In this document: positions 36,896 to 46,108 of the stretch, one piece after another | Layout: each line of letters opens with the position of its first letter | Numbering within the stretch: position 1 is the first letter of the stretch | Source of the DNA: Candidatus Omnitrophota bacterium | GTDB taxonomy: Bacteria > Omnitrophota > Gorgyraeia > Zapsychrales > Fredricksoniimonadaceae | Direction: 5' to 3' | Length of the DNA stretch: 64,000 bases | Assembly (NCBI GenBank): GCA_963828495.1 | Contig: CAWHFJ010000009.1 | Span: 298,338 to 362,337 of the forward strand | Program-made: the position numbers and the translations under genes | The notes under the pieces: generated by a model | Databases searched by the model: none | Told to the model about the DNA's origin: nothing | What the model saw: the letters and a program-made list of their open reading frames with translations, nothing else

Positions 36896-37103
36896 ACGGC
36901 AACACCCTCCTTATACGCTTGGCGTCTGTCGCTGATACGTATCCGCTGTGCCGCAACTGACGTTTGTGTTTGCGTGTCTTTTTCCCCAAAATATGCTGAC
37001 GACCGGCATTGCGCTTTTTTAAAAGACCACTTTTGGTCATCCGTAAACGCTTAGCCGCAGCCTTTTTAGTTTTTAATTTTATCCTTTTTATTTTTTTTCC
37101 CAT
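36882..37103 (-). CDS. rpmI: 50S ribosomal protein L35
   Basis: Small basic protein (KLKTKKAAAKRLRMTKSG..KRNAGRQH) lying between infC and rplT. Confidence 0.9.
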   Translation of the reverse strand: MGKKIKRIKLKTKKAAAKRLRMTKSGLLKKRNAGRQHILGKKTRKHKRQLRHSGYVSATDAKRIRRVLPYGTH

Positions 37104-37128
37104 ACCTTTGACCTGTCATCCTTCCTTG

Positions 37129-37644
37129 TTATTTCTCCGACTTAGGCGACAACACCATCGACACGATACGTCCCTCGGCCATGGGGGCCTTTTCAACCGT
37201 CGCATAGTCAACGGTCGCCGCCACCACTTTTTCCAGGACCGCTTTCCATTGATCCCGGAAACTCATTTCCCTGCCCTGGAACATCATATTGATCTTGACC
37301 TTGTCTTTTTTATTCAAAAAAGCTATGGCCTGACGCATTTTAATTTCCAGATCATGATCGTCGATATGCGGCTTGATCCTGATCTGTTTTAAATGTGTCA
37401 CATGCTGATGCTTTTTGACCTTGCGTTCTTTTTTCTGTTGATCATATTTGTATTTACTAAAATCAATGATCCTGCATACCGGCGGGACAGCGGTGGGTGC
37501 CACCTCGATTAAATCCAACCCGTATTCTTCGGCTAAATCCAGCGCCCGCTGCAAGGCAACCACCCCTAACTGTTCGGAATTAGGGCCAATCACTCTGACT
37601 TCTTTGGAACGGATTTGATTGTTGATTCGGATATTCTTTAAAAT
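37129..37644 (-). CDS. infC: Translation initiation factor IF-3, with an ATT (AUU) start codon
   Basis: The ORF-track GTG at 37593 is internal. The frame stays open upstream and encodes ILKNIRINNQIRSKEVRVIGPNSEQLGV, the typical IF-3 N-terminus. It begins at the ATT at 37644, 3 nt after GAAGGAGGGGGG. Confidence 0.88.
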   Translation of the reverse strand: MLKNIRINNQIRSKEVRVIGPNSEQLGVVALQRALDLAEEYGLDLIEVAPTAVPPVCRIIDFSKYKYDQQKKERKVKKHQHVTHLKQIRIKPHIDDHDLEIKMRQAIAFLNKKDKVKINMMFQGREMSFRDQWKAVLEKVVAATVDYATVEKAPMAEGRIVSMVLSPKSEK

Positions 37645-37764
37645 AGTCCCCCCTCCTTCAATAGTATTGCTTTTTCAAATGGTTCTAGATTTGTGCCGTT
37701 TCCATAATATTCATATTAGAAGAACGGCCTTGTTGTTATAAAAGCGTTATATTATCCCCGAATT

Positions 37765-39495
37765 TTATTTCTTGTCAATGATCTGCTGCACAAGACGGTC
37801 CAGCAAGGCCTCCAGGCTCATCGTGCCCAAATCACTGCCGTTTTGCGCTCGCACAGAGACTTGAGAACTCGCTGTCTCCTTGTCCCCCACGATAATCTGA
37901 TACGGGATCTTTTTGACCGAGGCCTCGCGGATACGCTTGGATAACGATTCATTACGCTCGTCGAGAACGACCCGGATATCCGCCTGCTCTAAGGCCTCTT
38001 GGATGTGTACGGCAAAATGGTGATGTTCCGGCTTGATGGGAATAACCGCCACCTGATGAGGCGCCAGCCACAGCGGAAAATTCCCGGCGTAATGCTCGAT
38101 CAAGGCGCCTATGAATCTTTCCAAGCTTCCTAAAATCGCCCGGTGCAGCATGACCGGCTGGGCTTGGGCCCCGTTTTCATCTATGTAGTTGAGTTCAAAA
38201 CGCTCCGGCAATAAAAAATCACACTGAATCGTTCCGCACTGCCAAAGACGCCCGATGGCATCTTTTAATTTAATGTCTATTTTAGGACCATAAAAAGCCC
38301 CGTCGCCTTCATTGATATCATATTTTAACCCTTTGGCGTCCAAGGCGTCTTTTAATGCGGCGGTGGCTTTGTCCCAATTGGCGATCGTGCCCATAAACTT
38401 CTGTGGACGGGTGGAGAGTTCAATATGCAAATCATAAAAACCAAACACATGCATCGTCTCAAAAACAAAATCAATGACATCCATGACTTCATTTTTGATC
38501 TGGCCAGGGCGCAGAAAAATATGCGCATCATCCTGTGTAAATCCGCGTACACGCAACAGGCCGTGCAACACTCCTGCCTTTTCCTGACGGTAAACCGTGC
38601 CTAATTCAAAATAACGAATGGGTAAATCGCGATACGAACGTGTCTGAGATTTATAAATCAATATATGCCCCGGACAATTCATGGGCTTGACGGCATAATC
38701 CTCATCGTCCACCTTAAAATAATACATGTTCTCACGGTAGTTCTCGGCATGTCCGGAGGTCTCCCAAAGTTTGCCTTTTAACATGTGGGGCGTTCCCACT
38801 AACTGGTAACCGCGCTTCAGGTGCTGAGTTTTAGTATAATCTTCAATAATTTTTCTCAGCATGGCGCCGTTAGGGTGATAAAAAATAAGCCCTGCTCCGG
38901 CGGTGTCGTGATAGATATGAAAAAGATCCAGTTGGGTGGCAATTTTACGGTGATCGCGACGGGCGGCCTCCTCCACCATTTTTAAATAATCATCCAAATC
39001 TTTTTGCGAAAAAAACGCCGTGCCATAAATACGCTGCAGCATGGGCTTGTGTTCATCCCCGTGCCAATAGGCTCCGGCCACGGAAAGCAGTTTAAAAGCT
39101 TTGATCAGTCCCGTCGAGGCTACGTGCGGGCCTTTGCAAAGGTCTGCAAATTCATTGCCGGTTTTATAAATAGACACTTGTTCGTCAGCAATCCCGTCAA
39201 TAAGCTCAACCTTATAGTTCTCCTGGGCGCTGGCGAAAAACTTTTTGGCCTCCTGGCGGGGCACCAACGACTGGACGATCGGCAAATTCTTTTGGATGAT
39301 GCGCGCCATGGCTTTTTCAATTTTTCTTAAATCATCGTCGGTAAAAGGCTCTCTTTTATCAAAATCGTAATAAAACCCGTTGTCAATGGCCGGGCCTATG
39401 GCGACCTTGGTCTCGGGCCAAAGTTCCACCACCGCCTGGGCCATCACATGCGCACATGAATGTCTTAACTTATCTATGTCTTTAGTATATTCCAT
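37765..39495 (-). CDS. thrS: Threonyl-tRNA synthetase lacking the N-terminal TGS domain
   Basis: Starts at MEYTKDIDKLRHSCAHVM, which is the editing domain, followed by a class II core and an anticodon-binding domain. The ORF-track N-terminal extension to 39573 runs into tRNA-Val and is rejected. Confidence 0.9.
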   Translation of the reverse strand: MEYTKDIDKLRHSCAHVMAQAVVELWPETKVAIGPAIDNGFYYDFDKREPFTDDDLRKIEKAMARIIQKNLPIVQSLVPRQEAKKFFASAQENYKVELIDGIADEQVSIYKTGNEFADLCKGPHVASTGLIKAFKLLSVAGAYWHGDEHKPMLQRIYGTAFFSQKDLDDYLKMVEEAARRDHRKIATQLDLFHIYHDTAGAGLIFYHPNGAMLRKIIEDYTKTQHLKRGYQLVGTPHMLKGKLWETSGHAENYRENMYYFKVDDEDYAVKPMNCPGHILIYKSQTRSYRDLPIRYFELGTVYRQEKAGVLHGLLRVRGFTQDDAHIFLRPGQIKNEVMDVIDFVFETMHVFGFYDLHIELSTRPQKFMGTIANWDKATAALKDALDAKGLKYDINEGDGAFYGPKIDIKLKDAIGRLWQCGTIQCDFLLPERFELNYIDENGAQAQPVMLHRAILGSLERFIGALIEHYAGNFPLWLAPHQVAVIPIKPEHHHFAVHIQEALEQADIRVVLDERNESLSKRIREASVKKIPYQIIVGDKETASSQVSVRAQNGSDLGTMSLEALLDRLVQQIIDKK

Positions 39496-39528
39496 CCTTA
39501 ATACTACTTTCTCAAAGGGATCCCAAAA

Positions 39529-39605
39529 TGGTGGACCCGACAAGGCTCGAACTTGTGACCTTTTCCATGTCAAGGAAACGCTCTAACCAACTGAGCTACG
39601 GGTCC
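39529..39605 (-). tRNA. tRNA-Val (anticodon GAC), CCA encoded
   Basis: Manual cloverleaf: GGACCCG acceptor, anticodon arm TTTCC-TTGACAT-GGAAA, T arm ACAAG-TTCGAGC-CTTGT, 3' ACCA. Confidence 0.92.
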
Positions 39606-39659
39606 GTCCTTCTTTCTTAAGTTTTGTCTTCGACAAAACTGCCCTTCTCTAAAACTTTA

Positions 39660-39746
39660 TGGTGGGCGGGGAGGGACTTGAACCCTCACAGCCTTACGGC
39701 CATAGGATTTTAAGTCCTACGTGTATACCAGTTCCACCACCCGCCC
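39660..39746 (-). tRNA. tRNA-Leu (anticodon UAA), long variable arm, CCA encoded
   Basis: Acceptor GGGCGGG/CCCGCCC, anticodon arm TAGGA-CTTAAAA-TCCTA, variable arm TGGCCGTAAGGCTGT, T arm GAGGG-TTCAAGT-CCCTC. Confidence 0.92.
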
Positions 39747-39884
39747 CAAATCTCCATAATTTTTAAAGAACAACTCTAAGAACGATTTGGGTGCGTGTGT
39801 CGATCCCTTAATTTTATTCCAGAAAATCGACCCGCCCCTGCACTTTCTATAAACTTTTAAAAACCAACTTTCAGAAAAATTTGT

Positions 39885-39959
39885 TGGAGGCGTGGAGCGG
39901 AATCGAACCGCTGAATAGTGGTTTTGCAGACCACTGCCTTACCACTTGGCTACCACGCC
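39885..39959 (-). tRNA. tRNA-Cys (anticodon GCA), CCA encoded
   Basis: Acceptor GGCGTGG/CCACGCC, anticodon arm GTGGT-CTGCAAA-ACCAC, T arm AGCGG-TTCGATT-CCGCT. Confidence 0.92.
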
Positions 39960-39963
39960 AACT

Positions 39964-40509
39964 TTAAAAAATCTTAGAAACAACCGCCTTGACAATAGCC
40001 TCAACATCCGCCAAGTGCCCGATGCCTACAACGCCGCAAGCCAATTTCCCTTCGACAGGTTCAATAAATTTAAACCCGTATTGTTTAAGCTTAGCGCAAT
40101 TGTCGCGTACAATTTTATTCGTATACATCCCTTCGTTCATGGCCGGAGCAATAAAAACAGGGGCCCGTGTCGTCATCACAAAGGCAGACAGGACATCGTC
40201 GGCCAACCCGCAAGCCAACTTACCGATGATATTAGCGGTCGCCGGTGCTATCAGGACCGCGTCAGCGTGTCGGGCTAATTCAATATGCGCCATGTTCCCG
40301 GAGTTATGCTCAAACATGTCGCTGTACACCGCTTTTCCTGACAAGGAAGCCAACGTCAAAGGCGTAATAAAATAGGCAGCCTCCTTGGTCATAATCACGT
40401 CGACTTCACAATGCTTCTCCTGCAGCCGACGTATTAAATCCGCCGCCTTATAGGCCGCAATGCTGCCGCACACGCCTAAAACTATGCGTTTAACTTTAGG
40501 AGTTGTCAT
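39964..40509 (-). CDS. coaC: Flavoprotein, phosphopantothenoylcysteine decarboxylase-type (stand-alone CoaC domain)
   Basis: 181 aa with RIVLGVCGSIAAYKAADLIRRL and PAMNEGMY, matching the CoaBC N-terminal half. No CoaB half is attached. Confidence 0.75.
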   Translation of the reverse strand: MTTPKVKRIVLGVCGSIAAYKAADLIRRLQEKHCEVDVIMTKEAAYFITPLTLASLSGKAVYSDMFEHNSGNMAHIELARHADAVLIAPATANIIGKLACGLADDVLSAFVMTTRAPVFIAPAMNEGMYTNKIVRDNCAKLKQYGFKFIEPVEGKLACGVVGIGHLADVEAIVKAVVSKIF

Positions 40510-40759
40510 TCTTTTTAGCTTTCTCTTCTTTAGCTTTTTCCTCTTTAAGTTTAGTCGCCATGTCCGCTATTTTTTCAGTCACCTTCCCCGCACGGATTTC
40601 GTCTAGTGCGGTCGTCGCTAATTTTTGTTCGGCAGGCGCTTGCACCAATTTGGCAGCTGAGCCCGCCAATTCCATGGCACGTACAGAAGCAAGCCTCACT
40701 AAACGGTAAACACTGTTGTTGGCTTTGGGTAACAAATCTTCCAGCGGCTGATAAGCCAT
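40496..40759 (-). CDS. rpoZ: DNA-directed RNA polymerase subunit omega
   Basis: NSVYRLVRLASVRAMEL is the typical omega core. The gmk-rpoZ neighbourhood is conserved. Confidence 0.85.
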   Translation of the reverse strand: MAYQPLEDLLPKANNSVYRLVRLASVRAMELAGSAAKLVQAPAEQKLATTALDEIRAGKVTEKIADMATKLKEEKAKEEKAKKNDNS

Positions 40760-40854
40760 AAGCGTATGCCTTTCTTGAATGTTACTTTTTAAAATAACTA
40801 CCCCACTGCAGCTTTTCTTTAATATCTATATTAAAAAAAGTAGAGAAAATTATT

Positions 40855-40883
40855 TTTATACCATACCCCGGGAGCCTTGTCAA
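40855..40883 (-). promoter_or_regulatory. Candidate sigma-70 promoter for rpoZ-coaC
   Basis: TTGACA (40883..40878), a 17-nt spacer, then TATAAA (40860..40855). It overlaps the gmk 3' end. Confidence 0.35.
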
Positions 40884-41497
40884 TGAATCCCTCCTGGCGG
40901 GCATTCACATAAAAGTTCGTTGTTAACAATTTGTCGCAGCGTCCCCAGGGCCTTGTTTAAGTCCGCATTGATGACTACATGATCATAAAACTTGGCTTCT
41001 TTTAATTCCCTGCGGGCCACCTTTAAACGCAAAGCTAAGTTCTCCCTGCTTTCAGATCCCCTGGCTTTTAAACGGGTTTCCAAAACTTTCAGAGAGGGCG
41101 CTTTGATAAATATTGTCAAAGCTTGCGGAAATTCTTTGGCCACGCTCCTCGCCCCTTTGACATCAATACACAAAAGAACATTGACCCCTTTTTTTAACAA
41201 ATTCAAGACTTCTCTTTTGGGTGTCCCGTAATACCGATCAAAAACTTTTTCCCACTCCAAAAAGTAGCCCTTTTTAATCCTGGCCTCAAACATTTTTGTA
41301 CTCAAAAACAAATAATCTCTCCCCGAGCGTTCCCCCGGTCTTTGCGGACGTGTGGTCGCTGATAGGACTTTGACCAATGTGCCTTTTAAGCTGTCAGACG
41401 CCAGTAAAGCTTTATGTAGCGTTGTCTTGCCGCAACCCGACGGGCCGGAGATAACGACCACCCTGGCCTTTAATGAAGATATTTTTTTATTCGACAT
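40880..41497 (-). CDS. gmk: Guanylate kinase
   Basis: VVISGPSGCGKTT P-loop and SATTRPQRPGERSGRDYLF. Start taken at MSNKKISS. The ORF-track start at 41617 overlaps yicC. Confidence 0.88.
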   Translation of the reverse strand: MSNKKISSLKARVVVISGPSGCGKTTLHKALLASDSLKGTLVKVLSATTRPQRPGERSGRDYLFLSTKMFEARIKKGYFLEWEKVFDRYYGTPKREVLNLLKKGVNVLLCIDVKGARSVAKEFPQALTIFIKAPSLKVLETRLKARGSESRENLALRLKVARRELKEAKFYDHVVINADLNKALGTLRQIVNNELLCECPPGGIH

Positions 41498-42308
41498 TAT
41501 TGGACTGTTCGCGGATTTTTTCAACCTTGCTTTTGATCGCAATAACAGCGGCGGAAATTTCTTTGTCCTGGACCTTGGAACCGATGGTATTCGTCTCTCT
41601 TTGCATTTCCTGGGCAATAAAATCCATCTTCTTGCCCACTCCCCCGTCCTGCTTTAAAAGAATTTTAGCTTCCTCAATATAATGGGCCAGGCGTTGGAGT
41701 TCTTCGTTAATATCATTGCTTTTTTGGTACGAAGAAAATTCATCTGCAGGCAACTGCCCCTTTTTGTCTTTTAAAAGAGCGTTCGAACGGTTTCTGATCC
41801 GGCTAATTTGAATCAGCATACGCTTGAGCTGACCGCTGATGTCCCCATAAAGAGCTTTGCCCTCACGCCTGCGCATGATGACGACCCCTGAGATTGCCTT
41901 CTGCAAAGATTTTTCTAAAACAGGCCACAGTTCTGCGGCCTGCACAAAAACTTCTTTAGCCTCCACCACTCCGGGTAAACGCATAATATCAGCGACGGTG
42001 ATGTCATTTCTTATACGGTGCTTTTGCCCTAAGGCTTTGGCAAAATCCAGATAGCGTTTAACAGCTTCCTGATTTAATAAAATATCCGTGTGCGGGCGCT
42101 CGGTGATTTTAACAGAAACCGTGACCCTGCCGCGGTTGATTTTTTGACTGATGATTTTCTGTATTTTGTCTTCCGTCGACGAGAAGCCGACCGGAAGATA
42201 AAACGCCACATCCAAATAGCGATGATTGACGGTTTTAATTTCGACGACACCTTTGACCTTGCCAAAGGTGATTTCACTGGCTCCAAAGCCTGTCATGCCT
42301 GTTATCAT
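41487..42308 (-). CDS. yicC: YicC/YloC-family stress-induced endoribonuclease-like protein
   Basis: MTGFG...VEIKTVNHRYLD N-terminus and EMQRETNTIGSK near the C-terminus are typical of YicC. Confidence 0.8.
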   Translation of the reverse strand: MITGMTGFGASEITFGKVKGVVEIKTVNHRYLDVAFYLPVGFSSTEDKIQKIISQKINRGRVTVSVKITERPHTDILLNQEAVKRYLDFAKALGQKHRIRNDITVADIMRLPGVVEAKEVFVQAAELWPVLEKSLQKAISGVVIMRRREGKALYGDISGQLKRMLIQISRIRNRSNALLKDKKGQLPADEFSSYQKSNDINEELQRLAHYIEEAKILLKQDGGVGKKMDFIAQEMQRETNTIGSKVQDKEISAAVIAIKSKVEKIREQSNNVE

Positions 42309-42339
42309 AAGCCTCCTAAAATGAAGCCCTCATGTGTTC

Positions 42340-43224
42340 TCATTTTCGCAAAACCCCCAAAATGCGGTCTAAATCATCCAGGGTATAATATTCAATGACG
42401 AGCTTGCCCTTGCCTTTTTTATCTTCGATAACAACTTTTGTTCCCAAAATTTTTCGCAGCTCTTCTTCCAAGATCTCAATATCGCGATTTTTCGGCTTTG
42501 CCATCGCGCCCTTAATGCTGTTGCGGTTCTCGTAGGCTTTTTTCACCAGCTCTTCCACCTGGCGCACAGAAAGGCCTTTTTTGATAATGACCTGGGCCAT
42601 TTTTTTCTGCGTAGGCTCATCTTCTAAACTCAATAAAGCGCGGGCATGCCCCATGGACAATTGTCCGTTGGCTACCTGTTTTTGAATCTCCTGGGGCAGG
42701 CGCAGCAGACGCAATAAATTGGTCACCGTCGTGCGGTCCTTGCCAATCGCTTGGGCGACGGATTCCTGTGTAAATTGAAATTCTTCTATCAGGCGCTTAA
42801 ACCCTTGCGCTTCTTCAATGGCATTTAATTCTTCGCGCTGGATGTTTTCCACCAAGGCCAAGACCAAAGCTTCTGTGTCCGTCACATTTTTGACAATGAC
42901 AGGGACTTGATCCAGCCCCAGAGAACGCGCTGCTCTTAAACGCCTCTCCCCCGCTATAACTTCATAGCCTTTCTCGTGTTTGCGTACCAAAATAGGTTGC
43001 AACACGCCTTTTTCTTTAATAGAAGCTTTCAACTCTGCTAATTTTTCTTCATCATAGCTTTGTCTCGGTTGAAAATTATTTTCCTGAATGGACATTGTTT
43101 TAACATAGGCAACCTCGCCTGATGAATTAATTCCCAGATTGGAAATTTCACTTTGAATAATGCTTTCGGGAGTTTTTCTTGTTATAAGAGCCTGTAACCC
43201 TTTACCTAAAACTTTATTTTCCAT
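42340..43224 (-). CDS. parB: Chromosome partitioning protein ParB/Spo0J
   Basis: ParB box (QPILVRKHEKGYEVIAGERRLRAA) and an HTH (TQESVAQAIGKDRTTVTNLLRL). Confidence 0.9.
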   Translation of the reverse strand: MENKVLGKGLQALITRKTPESIIQSEISNLGINSSGEVAYVKTMSIQENNFQPRQSYDEEKLAELKASIKEKGVLQPILVRKHEKGYEVIAGERRLRAARSLGLDQVPVIVKNVTDTEALVLALVENIQREELNAIEEAQGFKRLIEEFQFTQESVAQAIGKDRTTVTNLLRLLRLPQEIQKQVANGQLSMGHARALLSLEDEPTQKKMAQVIIKKGLSVRQVEELVKKAYENRNSIKGAMAKPKNRDIEILEEELRKILGTKVVIEDKKGKGKLVIEYYTLDDLDRILGVLRK

Positions 43225-43269
43225 TCTGAAATCTCCAAGATAACATATATTTCTATAAACTATTCTGTT

Positions 43270-44049
43270 TCAACTAGTTGCAACTTTATTGTTGATAGCC
43301 ATAAACTCTTCGGCCAATTCTTTATATTTTGTAGCCCCAACAGAGGTGTTATCATAAAAATTGATCGGCTTGCCAAAGCTTGGAGCTTCACTAAGGCGAA
43401 TATTGCGCGGAATTATAGAATTATAGACTTTGTCTTTAAAATAGCTTTTAATTTCATTAATCACTTCATTGGTTAAATTTGTTCTAAAGTCTGCCATGGT
43501 CATTAATACCCCTTCAATATGCAGGTCCGGATTAAGCCCGTCTTTGACCAAGGTGATAGTATTTAAAAGTTGCGAAACTCCTTCCAGAGCATAAAACTCG
43601 CATTGAATGGGTATTAATATGGCATCCGCAGCCACTAAAGTGTTAAGTGTTAAAAGCCCCAAAGACGGCGGAGAATCTATAAATATAAAATCGTATTGAT
43701 CTTTTATAGAGTCCAGAGCTTTTTTCAATCTGGTTTCTCTGGAAAGAACTCCGACGAGCTCAATTTCGGCTCCGGTCAAATTGATATTGCAGGGTATAAT
43801 GCTTAAGTTGTCAAAATCTGTCTTAATTAAGCCTTGTTCAATATTTATGCGGTGAATAAGAACATCATAAAGAGAGGCTTTAATTTCATTCTTATTAACC
43901 CCCACCCCGCTGGTCGCATTCCCCTGGGGATCCATATCTACGATAAGGACTTTTTTACCTAAAACAGCCAGAGCGGAAGCCAGATTAATGGTTGTAGTGG
44001 TTTTCCCTGTTCCGCCCTTTTGATTACAAACAGCTATTATCTTCGCCAT
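43270..44049 (-). CDS. parA: Chromosome partitioning ATPase ParA/Soj
   Basis: Deviant Walker A (NQKGGTGKTTTTINLA) and overall Soj-like sequence. Confidence 0.9.
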   Translation of the reverse strand: MAKIIAVCNQKGGTGKTTTTINLASALAVLGKKVLIVDMDPQGNATSGVGVNKNEIKASLYDVLIHRINIEQGLIKTDFDNLSIIPCNINLTGAEIELVGVLSRETRLKKALDSIKDQYDFIFIDSPPSLGLLTLNTLVAADAILIPIQCEFYALEGVSQLLNTITLVKDGLNPDLHIEGVLMTMADFRTNLTNEVINEIKSYFKDKVYNSIIPRNIRLSEAPSFGKPINFYDNTSVGATKYKELAEEFMAINNKVATS

Positions 44050-44067
44050 TTAGGCCCCTCTAGACCC

Positions 44068-44083
44068 AGTTTCACGTGAAACT
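44068..44083. promoter_or_regulatory. parS centromere-like site
   Basis: AGTTTCACGTGAAACT is a perfect 16-bp palindrome matching the core of the parS consensus tGTTTCACGTGAAACa. It lies 19 nt upstream of the parA start. Confidence 0.8.
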
Positions 44084-44277
44084 CACTGCTTTTTGGTCAC
44101 CTTAATCTTAGCGTTCTTGGCCCCTTGCATACCAAAAAGCCCGCGTTTCTCTTCACAAACAATTTTGATGTTTAGCTTATTCTTAGGAACGCCCAGCGTT
44201 TGGACCGCCTTATTGATAGCTTCGTCTAAGGTATTGCCTTCAAATTCACTGACCTCTGCCTTGATCTCCATGCTCAT
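44083..44277 (-). CDS. Jag_N-only protein (N-terminal domain of Jag/KhpB, no KH or R3H domains)
   Basis: 64 aa with FEGNTLDEAINKAVQTLGVPKNKLNIKIV...RGLFG, typical of Jag_N. It sits in the canonical position after yidC, overlapping it by 4 nt. Confidence 0.6.
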   Translation of the reverse strand: MSMEIKAEVSEFEGNTLDEAINKAVQTLGVPKNKLNIKIVCEEKRGLFGMQGAKNAKIKVTKKQ

Positions 44278-45872
44278 TTTTGACCTGTCATCTTAGCTAT
44301 TTTCCACTGTGTGGCCGTAGAAAGAATATAAAAAACCAGGAAATAGATGGCCCAGCTGCTGGCAAATTTATAAAACATAACTGTCATCATCACCGGCAAT
44401 AGATACATCATCATTTTCTGTTGCGTGGCTTGTTGCTCATCGACTACGATCATGTTTTTGCTGGATATTTTCTGTTGAAGGAACATAATGCATCCTGTCA
44501 AAACTGGTAATATATTAATCTCATTCCCTATAAAAAACAAGTTAAAAGGCAAAATTAATACCCTGTCAGGCTGAGATAAATCTTTAATCCATAAAAACCC
44601 TTTCCCTTGAAAATATTGTGCCCGCCATAAGATCTGGTACAGGGCCATAAAAAACGGCATTTGTATTAAAAAAGGCAGGCACCCGCCTAGAGGATTTATT
44701 TTTTCCCGACGGTAAATCTCAACCATTTCCGCATTCAATTTTTGAGGATCATTTTTATGTTTTTCCCTCAGGGCCGCAATTTTAGGCTGAACTTCCTGCA
44801 TTTTGCGCATAGACAACATGCTTTTCATGGTTAAAGGATAGGTAATGCCGTAAATCAAAATGCTGACTAAAATAATGGACATCCCCCAGCTTTTAAAAAT
44901 ATGATGTAAAAAGGGTATTGTATAATAAATCGCTTGGGCAATCCATTCAATAATAGGAAACCCGCTGAATGCTATTATTTTCTCAAAATTCTTACCATAT
45001 TTCTTCATCAGCCAGGGGTCTTGAGGTCCGGCAAATAGGCTAAACTCATAAACCGCACTTTCTCCAGGCGCTAAATTCTTCTCCGGAAGCTGGATAAAAA
45101 TGCTCAAGTCTTTGTCCGTATTTGCTTTAATTTCATAGGCTTTTGTTTCAAATTCAGGCTTGACAATAAGGGCATAATAATGATTCCTGAAGCCTATCCA
45201 ATGTATTTTGGCTAATTCATTTTTATATTCTTTGTCGGTGAATTTATATGCGTTGCCTTTACGGAATATCTTATTGTTAGCATAGAGGGAGTACTCATAT
45301 AAAGCAATTTCTCTGTTGTTGGAATTGCCTTCCATTTTGGAATTATCAATTTCCAATGCCGTTATTGAAAAGTTGTTCAGAATGGACATTTCTGATAAAT
45401 TCTTAATTTCCATTCTGACGCTTATTAACCCGTTATCTTTACGTTCATACCTTTTGGTGATCTGCCAAGTTTTGTCCCTATATATAAAAGAAACTATGTT
45501 GTTGTCTATTTTTTGACCTGTATACGAAACGTCTTCTAACCCTTTCAATCCTAAGACATCCGTTATGGGGAAATCCTTGTTTCCAGGAAAAACTACTTTG
45601 TGGAGCGCTCCACCCACATTTGTATAATATAATTCAGAGTCCGTGGATTGAACTTTGTAGTCTGCGTTCTTTTTAGTCGCTTTTTTGGTTTCTTCATTAT
45701 TAGTAATGGGGGGTTCTGTTGCCAAATTATTCTTTATTGTGGCCTCTGGAGCTGCGTTGTTTTGCATATTCATTGCCATTGGCGCGCGTTGTTGAGGAGG
45801 GACAAAAAAGGCTTGATAGGCAAAAAAGACTAACGCAGATAAAACAATGGCTGTCAGGGTGTTTTTTTCCAT
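44274..45872 (-). CDS. yidC: Membrane protein insertase YidC
   Basis: Large periplasmic domain followed by the conserved core (KMQEVQPKIAALREKHKNDPQKLNAEMVEIYRREKINPLGGCLP). Confidence 0.9.
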   Translation of the reverse strand: MEKNTLTAIVLSALVFFAYQAFFVPPQQRAPMAMNMQNNAAPEATIKNNLATEPPITNNEETKKATKKNADYKVQSTDSELYYTNVGGALHKVVFPGNKDFPITDVLGLKGLEDVSYTGQKIDNNIVSFIYRDKTWQITKRYERKDNGLISVRMEIKNLSEMSILNNFSITALEIDNSKMEGNSNNREIALYEYSLYANNKIFRKGNAYKFTDKEYKNELAKIHWIGFRNHYYALIVKPEFETKAYEIKANTDKDLSIFIQLPEKNLAPGESAVYEFSLFAGPQDPWLMKKYGKNFEKIIAFSGFPIIEWIAQAIYYTIPFLHHIFKSWGMSIILVSILIYGITYPLTMKSMLSMRKMQEVQPKIAALREKHKNDPQKLNAEMVEIYRREKINPLGGCLPFLIQMPFFMALYQILWRAQYFQGKGFLWIKDLSQPDRVLILPFNLFFIGNEINILPVLTGCIMFLQQKISSKNMIVVDEQQATQQKMMMYLLPVMMTVMFYKFASSWAIYFLVFYILSTATQWKIAKMTGQK

Positions 45873-45877
45873 AAAAT

Positions 45878-46090
45878 TTACCTTACAGGGTCATACCCGC
45901 CATCGGACACAGGCGAGCAACGCAAAATACGGCCTATCGCTTTTTTAACTCCGCAGATGACGCCGTAGCGCTCAATGGCCCCGGCCGCATACTGCGAACA
46001 TGTGGGATAAAACCGACAATTGTTAAAAAATACTGCACGGCTTAGGCACTGATAGGCTTTGATGCCTGAAAGCAGGAGTTTTTTAATCAT
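45878..46090 (-). CDS. yidD: Membrane protein insertion efficiency factor YidD
   Basis: 70 aa with CRFYPTCSQYA and GGYDPV motifs. Confidence 0.85.
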   Translation of the reverse strand: MIKKLLLSGIKAYQCLSRAVFFNNCRFYPTCSQYAAGAIERYGVICGVKKAIGRILRCSPVSDGGYDPVR

Positions 46091-46108
46091 GTGTTAGCCC
46101 GCGGGCCC

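Noticed and set aside
39496-39573. N-terminal extension of the thrS ORF (MTWKRSQVRALSGPPFWDPFEKVVLR)
   Set aside because: It overlaps the 3' half of tRNA-Val on the same strand. The conserved ThrRS sequence starts only at MEYTKD (39495).
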